DNA from: a virus
Taxonomy: Duplodnaviria; Caudoviricetes
Reading direction: 5' to 3' (one strand)
Virus record (IMG/VR): IMGVR_UViG_3300012665_000215
Coordinates: 1 to 30,155 of that record
Length of the DNA: 30,155 nt
Of the stretch, positions 9,299-18,334 are shown piece after piece (the stretch's first letter is position 1; each line of letters starts with the position of its first letter). A model generated the notes under the pieces. That model had not been told where the DNA came from, searched no databases, and saw nothing but the letters and a program-made list of their open reading frames with translations. The position numbers were made by a program, and so were the translations under genes.

Positions 9299-11295
9299 AT
9301 CGTTCTAAAATCTGTTAGTAATTCAAAATCCACTTCGCCAGTTGTAAGGTTAGTTGTAAATTGATTAATTGTATAACGTTTATCTCTAATAATTACTCTA
9401 TCGTTTACTTTTAAATTAGTCAAAAGGCTAATTGGTAAAACTGCTTTTAGTTTAAATATCCTAGACTTAATACCAAATATATTGTTAAGGTAATTAGCAT
9501 AGTAGTTATTAAATAAAGATTGTGTTTCAATTGCATTTGTGTAAGTAGATTGTTCAGCTCCAAAATTTAGCGTATAATCTACTCCGCTAATTAAAGTATC
9601 TTGGCCAAATATATTAGCTGAAGTAACGCTAGTTGTAGAAGTACCATCGTTAAACTTGTAAGCTGAAGTAGTTTGCGTTGTGCCATAATCATAAAGTATA
9701 ACAGGTTTTGGTATATATGGTATTAAATCTGGTTTTAAAGCAAAACCTACTTGTAAATTTGTTCCTGTATATTTTGTATGTAAGAGCGTTTCAAATGGAA
9801 GCTCTACATTGTATTCTTCGCCATCGTTATCTAGCTCATAATACAAATCTCCATAAGGAACTTTATTACGTGACATAAATTCCACGTTTAAAAAAGATTC
9901 AGCTGGCTGGTATTTAAAGTTTACTTTTTTGTAAGCCTTACTACGCTCTATGTCAAATACATCGTTTACAATATATTCTGTTATGTCTCTAGTCGTTCCG
10001 CTTGCATACCATCCCTCTAATTGTTCTATTTTAAAAACTCCGCTAACATCTGAATAGCAAGTAAGATTAAACATTTTTAAAATTCCGCTAAAGAACTCTT
10101 CAATTGTCATCTCTGGCATATATTGATTTAAAGCAATTGTAGTGGTAGTAGTCTGCGTAGTGCTTTGAGTTACGGTAAGGTCGGTAGATTTTGTATAAGT
10201 GCCTCCGCTTTGTACTCCAGTTTCATAGTAATAAACGGAAGTAAAAGATATCGCTGCGGTTGATGCAATATAAAAAGTGTAAGCTCCCGATTCCTCTAAA
10301 GGTACTTCTAAGTACATCGGAGTAATTTGCGTTAAATAGCTTTGCGTATTTATTACAACTCCATCACGATAAACGTAAAAATAAAATCTTTGAGCATCTT
10401 GCCCTATACTAGGAACGCTAAAGGTAATAGTTATATTAGATTGCTTTTGAAATTCTGGTGCAGTAGGCTTTATGTAATTAAGCGTATCGCTAAATACGTT
10501 AAATATGCCTTGAGTTCCAGTTGTAGAAGTATTGGTTTGAAAGTTAAGTTTATTTGGAGTTGTTTTTAATTCAAATAAATTGCTATTCTTTAACCATAAA
10601 AAAGCTCTAGTAAATCTTGTATCGCTTAAAAATGCACCTTCAAATGTTATGCCTAATAAAGATGCTATTGCATCAAATACTTTGCTAACTCTAATCGCTG
10701 GGAATAAATCCGTGTGATAAATAGGTGTAGCCGTTTGTGATATATCCCAGTTGTCGTAAGTTGTACCGCTACCTCCATATCTCCAAGCATTTTTAGAAGA
10801 TATTAAAGGAAATAAAACATCAGTACCAGCTAAAGCAGTAACACGATTCTTAACTACGTTACCTGTATAAGTAAAGTTGTATGCGCTTAAATCTAAATCT
10901 CTTAAAAACTTGCCACCAAAGGCATCTTTTAAAGAAACTAAACCACCAAAAAATGTAATTTGATAGTTATCTATTTTACCATCTTTATAGCTTGCTTTTT
11001 CTAATTGTATTGTTCCCTTTCTAAACGAAGCATAATTTAATTCTATAAATGCACTTTTTCTCGTTCTAGCATCATAGCCAGAATCTACAGAGTTTTCGTA
11101 CCAATGTTTAAAAATCTGATTGTTATGTGGTGTAGCTGGTACGGTAAAAGACTGACTAAAGTCTGTAAAAACCTTAGATATATCGTTTACGTTTTGAATG
11201 TTGCTAGTAACGCTTATTGTTTCATCGTTAAATAGCTCTATTCTTAACGGCTCTCCGCTTGCATCGTCATAAATATAAAGTAGAACGTTAATCAT
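9295..11295 (-). CDS. Tail tip/hub protein
   Basis: 666 aa, beta-rich; N-terminal IELFNDETIS...FSQSFTVPAT motif; located in the tail cluster. Confidence 0.7.
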   Translation of the reverse strand: MINVLLYIYDDASGEPLRIELFNDETISVTSNIQNVNDISKVFTDFSQSFTVPATPHNNQIFKHWYENSVDSGYDARTRKSAFIELNYASFRKGTIQLEKASYKDGKIDNYQITFFGGLVSLKDAFGGKFLRDLDLSAYNFTYTGNVVKNRVTALAGTDVLFPLISSKNAWRYGGSGTTYDNWDISQTATPIYHTDLFPAIRVSKVFDAIASLLGITFEGAFLSDTRFTRAFLWLKNSNLFELKTTPNKLNFQTNTSTTGTQGIFNVFSDTLNYIKPTAPEFQKQSNITITFSVPSIGQDAQRFYFYVYRDGVVINTQSYLTQITPMYLEVPLEESGAYTFYIASTAAISFTSVYYYETGVQSGGTYTKSTDLTVTQSTTQTTTTTIALNQYMPEMTIEEFFSGILKMFNLTCYSDVSGVFKIEQLEGWYASGTTRDITEYIVNDVFDIERSKAYKKVNFKYQPAESFLNVEFMSRNKVPYGDLYYELDNDGEEYNVELPFETLLHTKYTGTNLQVGFALKPDLIPYIPKPVILYDYGTTQTTSAYKFNDGTSTTSVTSANIFGQDTLISGVDYTLNFGAEQSTYTNAIETQSLFNNYYANYLNNIFGIKSRIFKLKAVLPISLLTNLKVNDRVIIRDKRYTINQFTTNLTTGEVDFELLTDFRTI

Positions 11296-12368
11296 TAAAC
11301 TACATCGTTAATAAGTGAGAAAGCGTAATCAAATTGAATCTCGTAATTAATGTTTTTATCCCTTAGGCTAGTCTTTAAATCGGTAGCGGTTGTCTTTACT
11401 TCTACTGGCACTCCATCTAAAAGAATCGTCTCAGCTAGAAGCAAATCTTGGATAAGCTCATTATAGTTTTCGGGAATCCAACCAGTATTTAATGTTACGC
11501 TTTGAGAGCCATTAATGTTAAATGATTTTGTTTGCGCTCTTGCTACATTATAATTTACCGCATCTGGTAATAGCTTAAACGTAGTACCCATAGTTTGGAT
11601 ATTATTAGTTTGCGCTTTAAAGAAAGTTAAGAATTGCCAGCCACCATAACGGTTAATAAACTGGCATTGAATCGGATTATACTTAGGCTCGCAAATTGGT
11701 GTTACTAAAATGGTCGCTATATCGTCTGTGTATTCCCCTGTTGGTCTCCATTTTATTGTGCAAGTATTACCCTTATCGTATTTAACGCTAGTAGTTCTTA
11801 AAGGTATCTTGTAAAGCTTTGCGCCATCTCTAGCAATGGTAACTACAACTTCGTTTCGGCCTCTTAAATCTTTGTAAGAAACTTGCAAAGAAGCAGGGCT
11901 AACATTGTTAGCCCAAACATTGATATATGGGTAATTAGCCTCCGCAATGCCTTCTTCGTAAAAATACTCAAGGCTTGTATTAACAAGAGGCAAAATAGTA
12001 TCAGTTGAGCCAGATTGATTATAACCTCCAGAATAATTTGTGTATCCACCAGTAGCATAGTTAGTAGTTGTGTCTAATAAAGTATAAACCCCTAATGTAG
12101 CTTCTTTAAATCTTTTTACCTCATAAATCGCCATCATAGAATTAGTATTATCGGCTGGCTTAATAGCTTCAATAAACTCTTGAATGTATGGGGCTATATT
12201 ATAAACGTTTTTTCTATTTGTTACAGAAGCAATAGTCTTTGTAAAAGTATAGGTTGCCGTGCTTGGTCTTGAGTTTGGATTATTCCAAATTCTAAGCTCT
12301 ACTCTTGAGCCTAACTGAGCGGTTTCGTTAATTTCAATAAAGTAAGGACTACGTGCGTAAATTATCAT
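11295..12368 (-). CDS. Distal tail/minor tail protein
   Basis: FINRYGGWQ...LNTGW C-terminal domain; tail cluster. Confidence 0.6.
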   Translation of the reverse strand: MIIYARSPYFIEINETAQLGSRVELRIWNNPNSRPSTATYTFTKTIASVTNRKNVYNIAPYIQEFIEAIKPADNTNSMMAIYEVKRFKEATLGVYTLLDTTTNYATGGYTNYSGGYNQSGSTDTILPLVNTSLEYFYEEGIAEANYPYINVWANNVSPASLQVSYKDLRGRNEVVVTIARDGAKLYKIPLRTTSVKYDKGNTCTIKWRPTGEYTDDIATILVTPICEPKYNPIQCQFINRYGGWQFLTFFKAQTNNIQTMGTTFKLLPDAVNYNVARAQTKSFNINGSQSVTLNTGWIPENYNELIQDLLLAETILLDGVPVEVKTTATDLKTSLRDKNINYEIQFDYAFSLINDVV

Positions 12369-12370
12369 TT

Positions 12371-12907
12371 TTATTTAAGATTAAAATCTATTATTCTGTC
12401 AACATCTATTGCTACTTGCGTTGGCATTTGTTCTACTATATATTTTTTAAATCCAGCCTCGTATGGTTTAGTAAAAAACAAAGTAGGCTTTATACCTTGT
12501 GCGTAAATACTTCTAGCAATTATAAATCCTATAGTTTTGTAACTACCTTTTTTAAACTTACCGTTTTCATCTCTTAAACGGATTCCTCTTTTCTTTGCCC
12601 ATTCTGCAATCGGCCCAGACGGTGGTCTTTTGTTAGTAAACATAAACCGAGAGTTTGGGGCTTTCTGCTTTCCGTTTTTAACTAAATTTGGGAATGCACC
12701 CTTAACTCCTTCGTCTAAGAATTGCCCATATAGCTCCATTCTAAACCCGACAATCGCATAACCTTTATCGGTTACTACTTCGCCCTTCAAACTATTATAA
12801 AGAGTCTTAGATACGTTGTTTCGGCCTTTAGAAAGATTAGCTCTTGCTTGCTGAATAACGTAATTCTTATATTTCTCTAAGATTTTTTCGCTTTGCTTTA
12901 ATTCCAT
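12371..12907 (-). CDS. Neck/tail-completion protein (HK97 gp10-like)
   Basis: Basic; LYNSL...YGQFLDEGVKG...IARSIYAQGIKPTLFF. Confidence 0.65.
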   Translation of the reverse strand: MELKQSEKILEKYKNYVIQQARANLSKGRNNVSKTLYNSLKGEVVTDKGYAIVGFRMELYGQFLDEGVKGAFPNLVKNGKQKAPNSRFMFTNKRPPSGPIAEWAKKRGIRLRDENGKFKKGSYKTIGFIIARSIYAQGIKPTLFFTKPYEAGFKKYIVEQMPTQVAIDVDRIIDFNLK

Positions 12908-13363
12908 TTAGCAAATTGTCATATCGTTTGGAATCATAACGTCAAACGTTAGTGTCCATCCCGCTACTTTGTTTTCAAATCTATCTGTAAATGGCTCGGC
13001 ATTAGGTGCAGTTATTACCTGTACTAAGCTGGTAAATAATGTACCACGCATTAAAGCACTACTTAAGCGTGATGCTAAAGCTAGTTGCGTATTTAATACA
13101 TCTTGCTCATTATCATTGCCATCCCAAATATCTGTTATTTCTGCTTTGCTATCATCAACCAAATCCATAAACAAAATTGAAATATTTAAGGAAGTTGTAT
13201 TTTCTTCTAGCGTTACGTTGTTAACTATAATATGGCTTAAAGGAAATATAGTTTGCTTAGTTAAATCAACTGCAAATATATCGCCAATAGTAACCGTGTT
13301 AACTAGGCTAGTCGCTTTTAAATAATCCTTTAAGGTGTTTACTAAGTAATAGTATCCGTTCAT
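12908..13363 (-). CDS. Tail terminator/completion protein
   Basis: Acidic 151 aa, with FPLSHI and EPFTDRFENKVAGW; position in the tail cluster. Confidence 0.6.
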   Translation of the reverse strand: MNGYYYLVNTLKDYLKATSLVNTVTIGDIFAVDLTKQTIFPLSHIIVNNVTLEENTTSLNISILFMDLVDDSKAEITDIWDGNDNEQDVLNTQLALASRLSSALMRGTLFTSLVQVITAPNAEPFTDRFENKVAGWTLTFDVMIPNDMTIC

Positions 13364-13617
13364 TTGTTTTGGTTTTTAATCATTTCCATTTCTAATTCGT
13401 TCTTTTGCTTTTCAAATGTTAAAAACATCAGACATTGATTAAACGGAAGCTTGGAAATTTCATCAAATCTACGGACATCTCCTTGAGCAAGTGCGTAAAT
13501 TGATGAGTACCAGCCCCATCGTTTTCCAAATTGGGCTTGTTTAGAATATTCATTACCGCTGGATTCTGTTCCAAATAGGTCAAAGTACTTTTCAATAACT
13601 CGTTCCCTAAATGATAA
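13360..13617 (-). CDS. -1 frameshift extension of the tail assembly chaperone (G-T-type product, ~248 aa)
   Basis: After the T9 run the -1 frame is open for 85 codons (LSFRERVIEKYFDLF...FGKRWGWYSSIYALAQGDVRRFDEISKLPFNQCLMFLTFEKQKNE...). It ends in a TGA overlapping the next ATG. Confidence 0.8.
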   Translation of the reverse strand, partial: LSFRERVIEKYFDLFGTESSGNEYSKQAQFGKRWGWYSSIYALAQGDVRRFDEISKLPFNQCLMFLTFEKQKNELEMEMIKNQNK

Positions 13618-14105
13618 AAAAAAACCCTTGCAGATAAAACAACATCTAAAGGAGCTTTAAGCATTTTTTCAGAATAAACATACGAGCCGATATAAGGCTC
13701 AATTGTATATTTATCTTTTAGTTTATTTGTAATGGGTCTAAACATTATAGCCATTGCCTTATTAATCTGCTTACTATCAAATATATAATTATCCAAATCC
13801 ATATATTCGCCTTGTGTCATATCATCAAGGTTTGGAATAAATCCGTATTCTATGCCATCTAAAATAAACTTGTTTTTAAATGGTGGTATATTCTCAAATA
13901 AGTTATTAACTATATTTACAATCTCTACTATTTGCTTTCTTTTAATCTGCGCTATGTATTTTAAATCTACATTGCAAAATATCTGGACTAATTTATCTTG
14001 TAAAAAATCCGATTCTTCATTTTGTTCCACTATTGAAAGAAACTTCATATACTGACCAAGTGTTATTTCACTTAAATCAGTTGGAATTGTTAGCTCTAGC
14101 TTCAT
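13428..14105 (-). CDS. Tail assembly chaperone (0-frame product)
   Basis: LSEITLGQY...YGFIPNLDDMTQGEYMDLD; slippery GTT TTT TTT T at 13616-13625. Confidence 0.7.
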   Translation of the reverse strand: MKLELTIPTDLSEITLGQYMKFLSIVEQNEESDFLQDKLVQIFCNVDLKYIAQIKRKQIVEIVNIVNNLFENIPPFKNKFILDGIEYGFIPNLDDMTQGEYMDLDNYIFDSKQINKAMAIMFRPITNKLKDKYTIEPYIGSYVYSEKMLKAPLDVVLSARVFFYHLGNELLKSTLTYLEQNPAVMNILNKPNLENDGAGTHQFTHLLKEMSVDLMKFPSFRLINV

Positions 14106-14109
14106 ATTG

Positions 14110-14140
14110 TATAAACGTTATTTGTTGTTTTTTGTATTAG
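14110..14140 (-). promoter_or_regulatory. Putative late promoter
   Basis: CTAATACAAAA-N12-CGTTTATA, 4 nt before the ATG at 14105. Confidence 0.65.
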
Positions 14141-15348
14141 TACACGAAATACTTGCCACTATTGGGATTAGATAGCTGGTAGAATACGTTGTAACGTATG
14201 GCATCAATTGCGTGGTTAAAGTTATCGACCACAAGCCCAGATTTTTTATCTGAGTAAATGTAATTGTTGAGTTCTTTTCCAATGTTTTGTGAGTTTGATT
14301 CTATAACAAGTTCAAAGTCTTGCATTAAAGCAAGCCCAGCCGTAATGCTTCCAGCTCCTTTAGCCGTCGCAATTATGTTACATCCTTGCGACTGAAGCTC
14401 GGCAATTAGTCTAGGCTCTGCGCTATCTGCTACAATTAAGCTCTTTGCGCAAACACGCTTGTTTATAACTGCTATTTCGCTTGTAGTAAGCTTCGGTTTA
14501 TAAAGATGCTCCTTAACATATATCTTTCTCTTGGTTTTATCTATCGCTACTTCAACTAGCGTTGTCGGGTCTATCGAAAATCCAAAATCTTGACCAAATG
14601 AAGTTTGTAAGTTGTCTGGGTTAAATGCTCCAAAGCTCCAGTTAGTAAATACAACTCCTTCAGCTTTGTCTAACCAGCCTCCTAGAATCGTATGCTCGTA
14701 TTTACGCTTGTTGTTACGTTCTAAGGCTTCGATTTGATTTAAGAAGGATTCGCTTAGATACTCAATATTATCCTTGTAGGTCGTATGTATGTAAGTCGTA
14801 TCGCCTTTAGATATAGAGCTACCTTCTTGTACTCCTTTCTCTTCAAAGAATCGATTGTAAATAAAATGCTCTTTTGTTGTTGGGTTTAAAATAAGAATAA
14901 CCCTGTTTTGTCTTTGGCTATTACGAATCGAAAAGTCAATCTTATCAAATACATCCTCGTCTACTAATTCTTCTGCCTCGTCAAGCACGAACGTAGTCAC
15001 TCCCGATAAAGATTTTAAGTTAGCGGTTTGAGTTCCGCTAGAGGTCTTAATTCCCTTAAATAAAATCTTTGAATTTGTGCGAGTGTTAATAATCTCGTCT
15101 TTAGTAATGTAGAAGTCTGATTCTAGCCCTGCCATCTCTATCTTCTCTACAAACTCTGGAATAATTGAGACGTGAGCCGAGACTAAGGTATAACGAGTAA
15201 ATAGTATTACGTGTCCAACTTCGTACGTTAGAAGCAAAAGGAAGGAGTTTAAAGCAAACGATTTGCCTGAGCCCCTTCCTCCTGTAATTACAAAGTACCT
15301 ACTATCGCTTTCAAATAGCGGAACGTATTTACTATTTAGTTCTATCAC
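14137..15348 (-). CDS. terL: Terminase large subunit (PBSX/Terminase_3 type)
   Basis: Walker A GGRGSGKS, Walker B FVLDEAEE, coupling motif LNP, nuclease motifs GQDFGF, ADSAEP and NHAIDAIRY. Confidence 0.96.
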   Translation of the reverse strand: MIELNSKYVPLFESDSRYFVITGGRGSGKSFALNSFLLLLTYEVGHVILFTRYTLVSAHVSIIPEFVEKIEMAGLESDFYITKDEIINTRTNSKILFKGIKTSSGTQTANLKSLSGVTTFVLDEAEELVDEDVFDKIDFSIRNSQRQNRVILILNPTTKEHFIYNRFFEEKGVQEGSSISKGDTTYIHTTYKDNIEYLSESFLNQIEALERNNKRKYEHTILGGWLDKAEGVVFTNWSFGAFNPDNLQTSFGQDFGFSIDPTTLVEVAIDKTKRKIYVKEHLYKPKLTTSEIAVINKRVCAKSLIVADSAEPRLIAELQSQGCNIIATAKGAGSITAGLALMQDFELVIESNSQNIGKELNNYIYSDKKSGLVVDNFNHAIDAIRYNVFYQLSNPNSGKYFVY

Positions 15349-15608
15349 TTGAATTTAACAATATCCTTTATATCGAAGTCGTTAATCGTGTGCGTATTAT
15401 TTTGGTCTACCACTTGTTTAGGCATACCGTATTGGTATTGAAAGAATAGCTTAACCGCCCAGTCTTTGTGGTCTTCTAGTGCTTGTGCTAATACCGCAAA
15501 GGCTTTAGGCTCTAATGGAGTTAGTTTCTCTACTAGGCTTCGCTCTTCAGCTTTAGACTTACGACCTGCGCCTTCTCTAGCCCCTCCTCTTTTATCAATC
15601 TTATCCAT
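15345..15608 (-). CDS. Terminase small subunit (probable)
   Basis: Start moved to ATG 15608 (MDKIDKRGGAREGAGRK). GGAR-GAGRK motif; overlaps the terL start. Confidence 0.7.
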   Translation of the reverse strand: MDKIDKRGGAREGAGRKSKAEERSLVEKLTPLEPKAFAVLAQALEDHKDWAVKLFFQYQYGMPKQVVDQNNTHTINDFDIKDIVKFK

Positions 15609-16032
15609 TGTTCTCTTCTTCAAATACGTTGTAAACTTGTCTAATTTGACCAATGTAATCTCGCCAACAAGATGCACAAGATGACTGCTCTAGACGGATG
15701 TTAAAGATTCTATAATAGATATCTGTTAAATCCCATTGCACTTTCGGTACTATTTCGTTTTGTGGCTTAGAGAAAAACTCTTTTAAGTATTCGTAGTCCT
15801 CTTGTACTAAGCAATTAGGCTTACGATACGACCATAATTTATTTAGCTTCTCTTTGCGTTCATCACAACCGCAATCCCAGTCTAGGGCTTTAGAAAGTAA
15901 CTCTACTCCTTTCTTAATTCCTGTAACTGTTGTAAATGCTTCGATAGTATCGCCCAACCCTTGAGCGTTCTCGAATGTAGCAACCTCTTTAGGCTCTACA
16001 ATAATTTTTCTTTTAATTGGTCTTTTTGCCAT
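15601..16032 (-). CDS. Hypothetical protein with Cys motifs
   Basis: GLGDTIE...DCGCDERKEKLN...CASC; possible Zn binding. Confidence 0.75.
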   Translation of the reverse strand: MAKRPIKRKIIVEPKEVATFENAQGLGDTIEAFTTVTGIKKGVELLSKALDWDCGCDERKEKLNKLWSYRKPNCLVQEDYEYLKEFFSKPQNEIVPKVQWDLTDIYYRIFNIRLEQSSCASCWRDYIGQIRQVYNVFEEENNG

Positions 16033-16457
16033 TCCTTTAATCGTTGTTTACATTTCTTAATTGTATTATAAACGCTCATAAATCCTATGTTCGTTTCTCT
16101 AGATAGCTTACGAATTGAGATGCGATTGTTAACCCATAGCATAAATAGCTTTTTGTCATACCAGTCCCATGTATCAATAAACTCTATGTAAGGTTGAGCT
16201 AACTCTTCAGCTAACTCATTACTCTCATCTTCTCTTAGTGAATACTCTACCTCTTTTGTTATTTCTGTTTTGATAACCTTCTTAGAATGTAAGTCCATCG
16301 TAAGGCTTCTAAGCGTATAATAAAAATAAGCTTCGTTAATATCTTTGCCATAAACTTTTATATAAGCCTCTTGTACCACATCTTCTGCATAATTAACCTC
16401 CCCAAATTTCTTTACAATTGAAACCCAATGCTTATGCCTTGAATAGATATGCTCCAT
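15996..16457 (-). CDS. ECF-like RNA polymerase sigma factor (late gene activator)
   Basis: Region-2 motif AEDVVQEAYIK and region-4 HTH SIRKLSRETNIGFMSVYNTIKKCKQRLK; sits just before the packaging genes. Confidence 0.8.
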   Translation of the reverse strand: MEHIYSRHKHWVSIVKKFGEVNYAEDVVQEAYIKVYGKDINEAYFYYTLRSLTMDLHSKKVIKTEITKEVEYSLREDESNELAEELAQPYIEFIDTWDWYDKKLFMLWVNNRISIRKLSRETNIGFMSVYNTIKKCKQRLKEWQKDQLKEKLL

Positions 16458-16633
16458 TAGAGTAGATAAATGTTTTCAGCCACTAGCTTCCAATAAATCT
16501 TATCGTCTATTTTATTGCAGTACTCGCCAAATAGTTCGCATAACCAAAGCGAAAGCTCTTTAGCTAGATTCTTATTACCAGTAAAGTAATATGCATTATT
16601 TAAAATCGATTTAGCTCTTTCGTCTGGCTTCAT
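16457..16633 (-). CDS. Small hypothetical protein (MTPKEKA-like family)
   Basis: MKPDERAKSI...AKELSL...YWKLV; TAATG coupling at both ends. Confidence 0.7.
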   Translation of the reverse strand: MKPDERAKSILNNAYYFTGNKNLAKELSLWLCELFGEYCNKIDDKIYWKLVAENIYLL

Positions 16634-16758
16634 TAATCCATCCATTTACCGTGCTTAAATAAATGCCAAGTACGATGCTTTAAAACTTCAATTATTAATT
16701 GCCATAAGGTATCAGCCTTATAGACTCCAGCTCCCTTTACGATTAATTTTAATTTCAT
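16633..16758 (-). CDS. Small hypothetical protein (41 aa, MKLKLIVKGAGVYKADTLWQLIIEVLKHRTWHLFKHGKWMD)
   Basis: Not in the ORF track. ATGA and TAATG overlaps with both neighbours. Confidence 0.7.
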   Translation of the reverse strand: MKLKLIVKGAGVYKADTLWQLIIEVLKHRTWHLFKHGKWMD

Positions 16759-17012
16759 CCTTTAAATTTGTTTAGCTCATTGTTTAAGTACCAAATAGCT
16801 TTTTCTAAGTCTTGCTTTTTATTGCCTTTCTTATCAGCTCTTAAAATGTACTTGATTGAGTTGCCTAGTGAAAAGTTTAAATCGAATGCTTCAATAATAT
16901 CTATTACTTCGATTCCTTTGCCTTGATAGTGAAGGGGAGAATTAACATATTCTAACTCTTCTTTATGCGCATCCCTAGTTGTTGGCTTGGGTACGTATCC
17001 GTAAATTGTCAT
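16755..17012 (-). CDS. DUF3310 (SaV / T7 gp1.7-like) protein
   Basis: VNSPLHY...IEVIDII...GNSIKYILRA..K...QDLEKAIWYL; start moved to ATG 17012. Confidence 0.88.
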   Translation of the reverse strand: MTIYGYVPKPTTRDAHKEELEYVNSPLHYQGKGIEVIDIIEAFDLNFSLGNSIKYILRADKKGNKKQDLEKAIWYLNNELNKFKG

Positions 17013-17032
17013 AAATGTTAGTTTGAGTTTCG

Positions 17033-17064
17033 CAAAGTTTAATGAAAAAAAATGATTATTCAAA
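17033..17064 (-). promoter_or_regulatory. Bacteroidota-type host promoter for the DUF3310/sigma operon
   Basis: TTTG-N20-AAACTTTG (one mismatch to TAnnTTTG), intergenic. Confidence 0.55.
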
Positions 17065-17068
17065 ATTT

Positions 17069-17416
17069 TTAAACATTTATTTTATAGGATTTTAGCAAAA
17101 TATTCATCTGAGTATTCAAAGTTTCTCGCTTAGTATCATCAAGCCTTGCCATTTGAATCCCAATCTTATAAAAGTATAGCATTGCCTCCGCTGCATCTAC
17201 GAATTGCTCGGTAGCCCTCATTCCTTCTTCACTATGTTCCCCTCTTGGTAAAAGAATCTCTACTACTTTCTCAAGCTCTACGAGTTGCTGATTTGTAATA
17301 GACTTAACCCTTTGCTTATTAGCTGGGTTTCCCCTCCAGTCATCTTCAATAATATGAATTAACGCTTGGCACATTGTAAAATAGGTTAGTGCTTTGTCTT
17401 TGTCTTCTTGTGTCAT
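17069..17416 (-). CDS. Hypothetical protein
   Basis: 115-aa ORF with ATGA coupling. Confidence 0.75.
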   Translation of the reverse strand: MTQEDKDKALTYFTMCQALIHIIEDDWRGNPANKQRVKSITNQQLVELEKVVEILLPRGEHSEEGMRATEQFVDAAEAMLYFYKIGIQMARLDDTKRETLNTQMNILLKSYKINV

Positions 17417-17634
17417 TTGTATTTTTGGTTTAGATATTCTTTTATTTCTCGTACTCTTAAAAATGCTAATCTTCTTAGCGGGTCTATTCCAAATATAATC
17501 CTTTCCTTTTGCGTTTTAAGGCACGAATGTAAGTCGTTAATATAAATCCCTTCTTTAAGCATAAATCGTTCGTTAGGTTTAAGCAATTGAGCCTCTATCC
17601 ATTCGATAGCTCTAGTTTCGTTTGTCGTTAGCAT
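17413..17634 (-). CDS. Hypothetical protein
   Basis: 73-aa ORF overlapping both neighbours. Confidence 0.7.
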   Translation of the reverse strand: MLTTNETRAIEWIEAQLLKPNERFMLKEGIYINDLHSCLKTQKERIIFGIDPLRRLAFLRVREIKEYLNQKYK

Positions 17635-17990
17635 ATTAAATCGTTTAGTTTACATAAAATACCCCTACTTGTGTTATTGTCTCCGCCTTTTACATCCATT
17701 CTAGCTTTGCCTTGTTCTATCAATTGCTTTAGTCGTTTCTTTAGTTGCTCGGTAGATATAATAAAAGCGGTATCTTCTGCTATTTTATAAACGTAGTAGT
17801 CGGCTTGTGTTGTTGATATTCCGCTGGGCTTACCTCTTGACCAGTACTCAATATAAACATTACCTGTTTCTTGCGTTCTTCTATCGCTTTTAACTTCAAC
17901 TTTCTTGTTACTTACTAGCTCGTGAAACCAAGTTTCGCCATCTAATACACCAAACTCTAAATCAAATTTAAAATCGTTGTTGTGTATCAT
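17628..17990 (-). CDS. PD-(D/E)XK-like nuclease-fold protein
   Basis: VEVKSD...TGNVYIEY.SRGKPSGISTTQADYY. Confidence 0.65.
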   Translation of the reverse strand: MIHNNDFKFDLEFGVLDGETWFHELVSNKKVEVKSDRRTQETGNVYIEYWSRGKPSGISTTQADYYVYKIAEDTAFIISTEQLKKRLKQLIEQGKARMDVKGGDNNTSRGILCKLNDLIC

Positions 17991-18334
17991 AGCGCAGTTA
18001 TGTCAAATTCGATTCTAGGGTTTTCTTTGTCAATAAATTTAAACATATGTAGCTCGTGACATAGTCTATCGTTTTCTATTACTCCGCTGGTTTGTAGGCA
18101 ATCTAATATAATCTTTGCAGCATTATCTAAATCGCTCCTGTTAGACTGAAAATAAACGTTAATCTTAATGATAAATGCTTGTTTTAAAGGCTCGCTCGGT
18201 TTGCCTTTAGCCAAAGCCAATAACCAAGTAAATCGCTTTTCGTATTCTGTTAACTCTTTAGATTTGTAAAGCCTGTTGTTTCCAATCTTGTATCCGTTTG
18301 ATTTGCTAGGTACTTGACCTAATATAGTTATCAT
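17987..18334 (-). CDS. rusA: RusA-like Holliday junction resolvase
   Basis: VPSKSN...SDLDNAAKIILDCLQ...IENDR...NPRIE. Confidence 0.85.
   Translation of the reverse strand: MITILGQVPSKSNGYKIGNNRLYKSKELTEYEKRFTWLLALAKGKPSEPLKQAFIIKINVYFQSNRSDLDNAAKIILDCLQTSGVIENDRLCHELHMFKFIDKENPRIEFDITAL

Noticed and set aside
11864-12058. Minus-strand 64-aa ORF nested in the 11295-12368 gene
   Set aside because: Out-of-frame internal ORF with no start context or recognisable motif.
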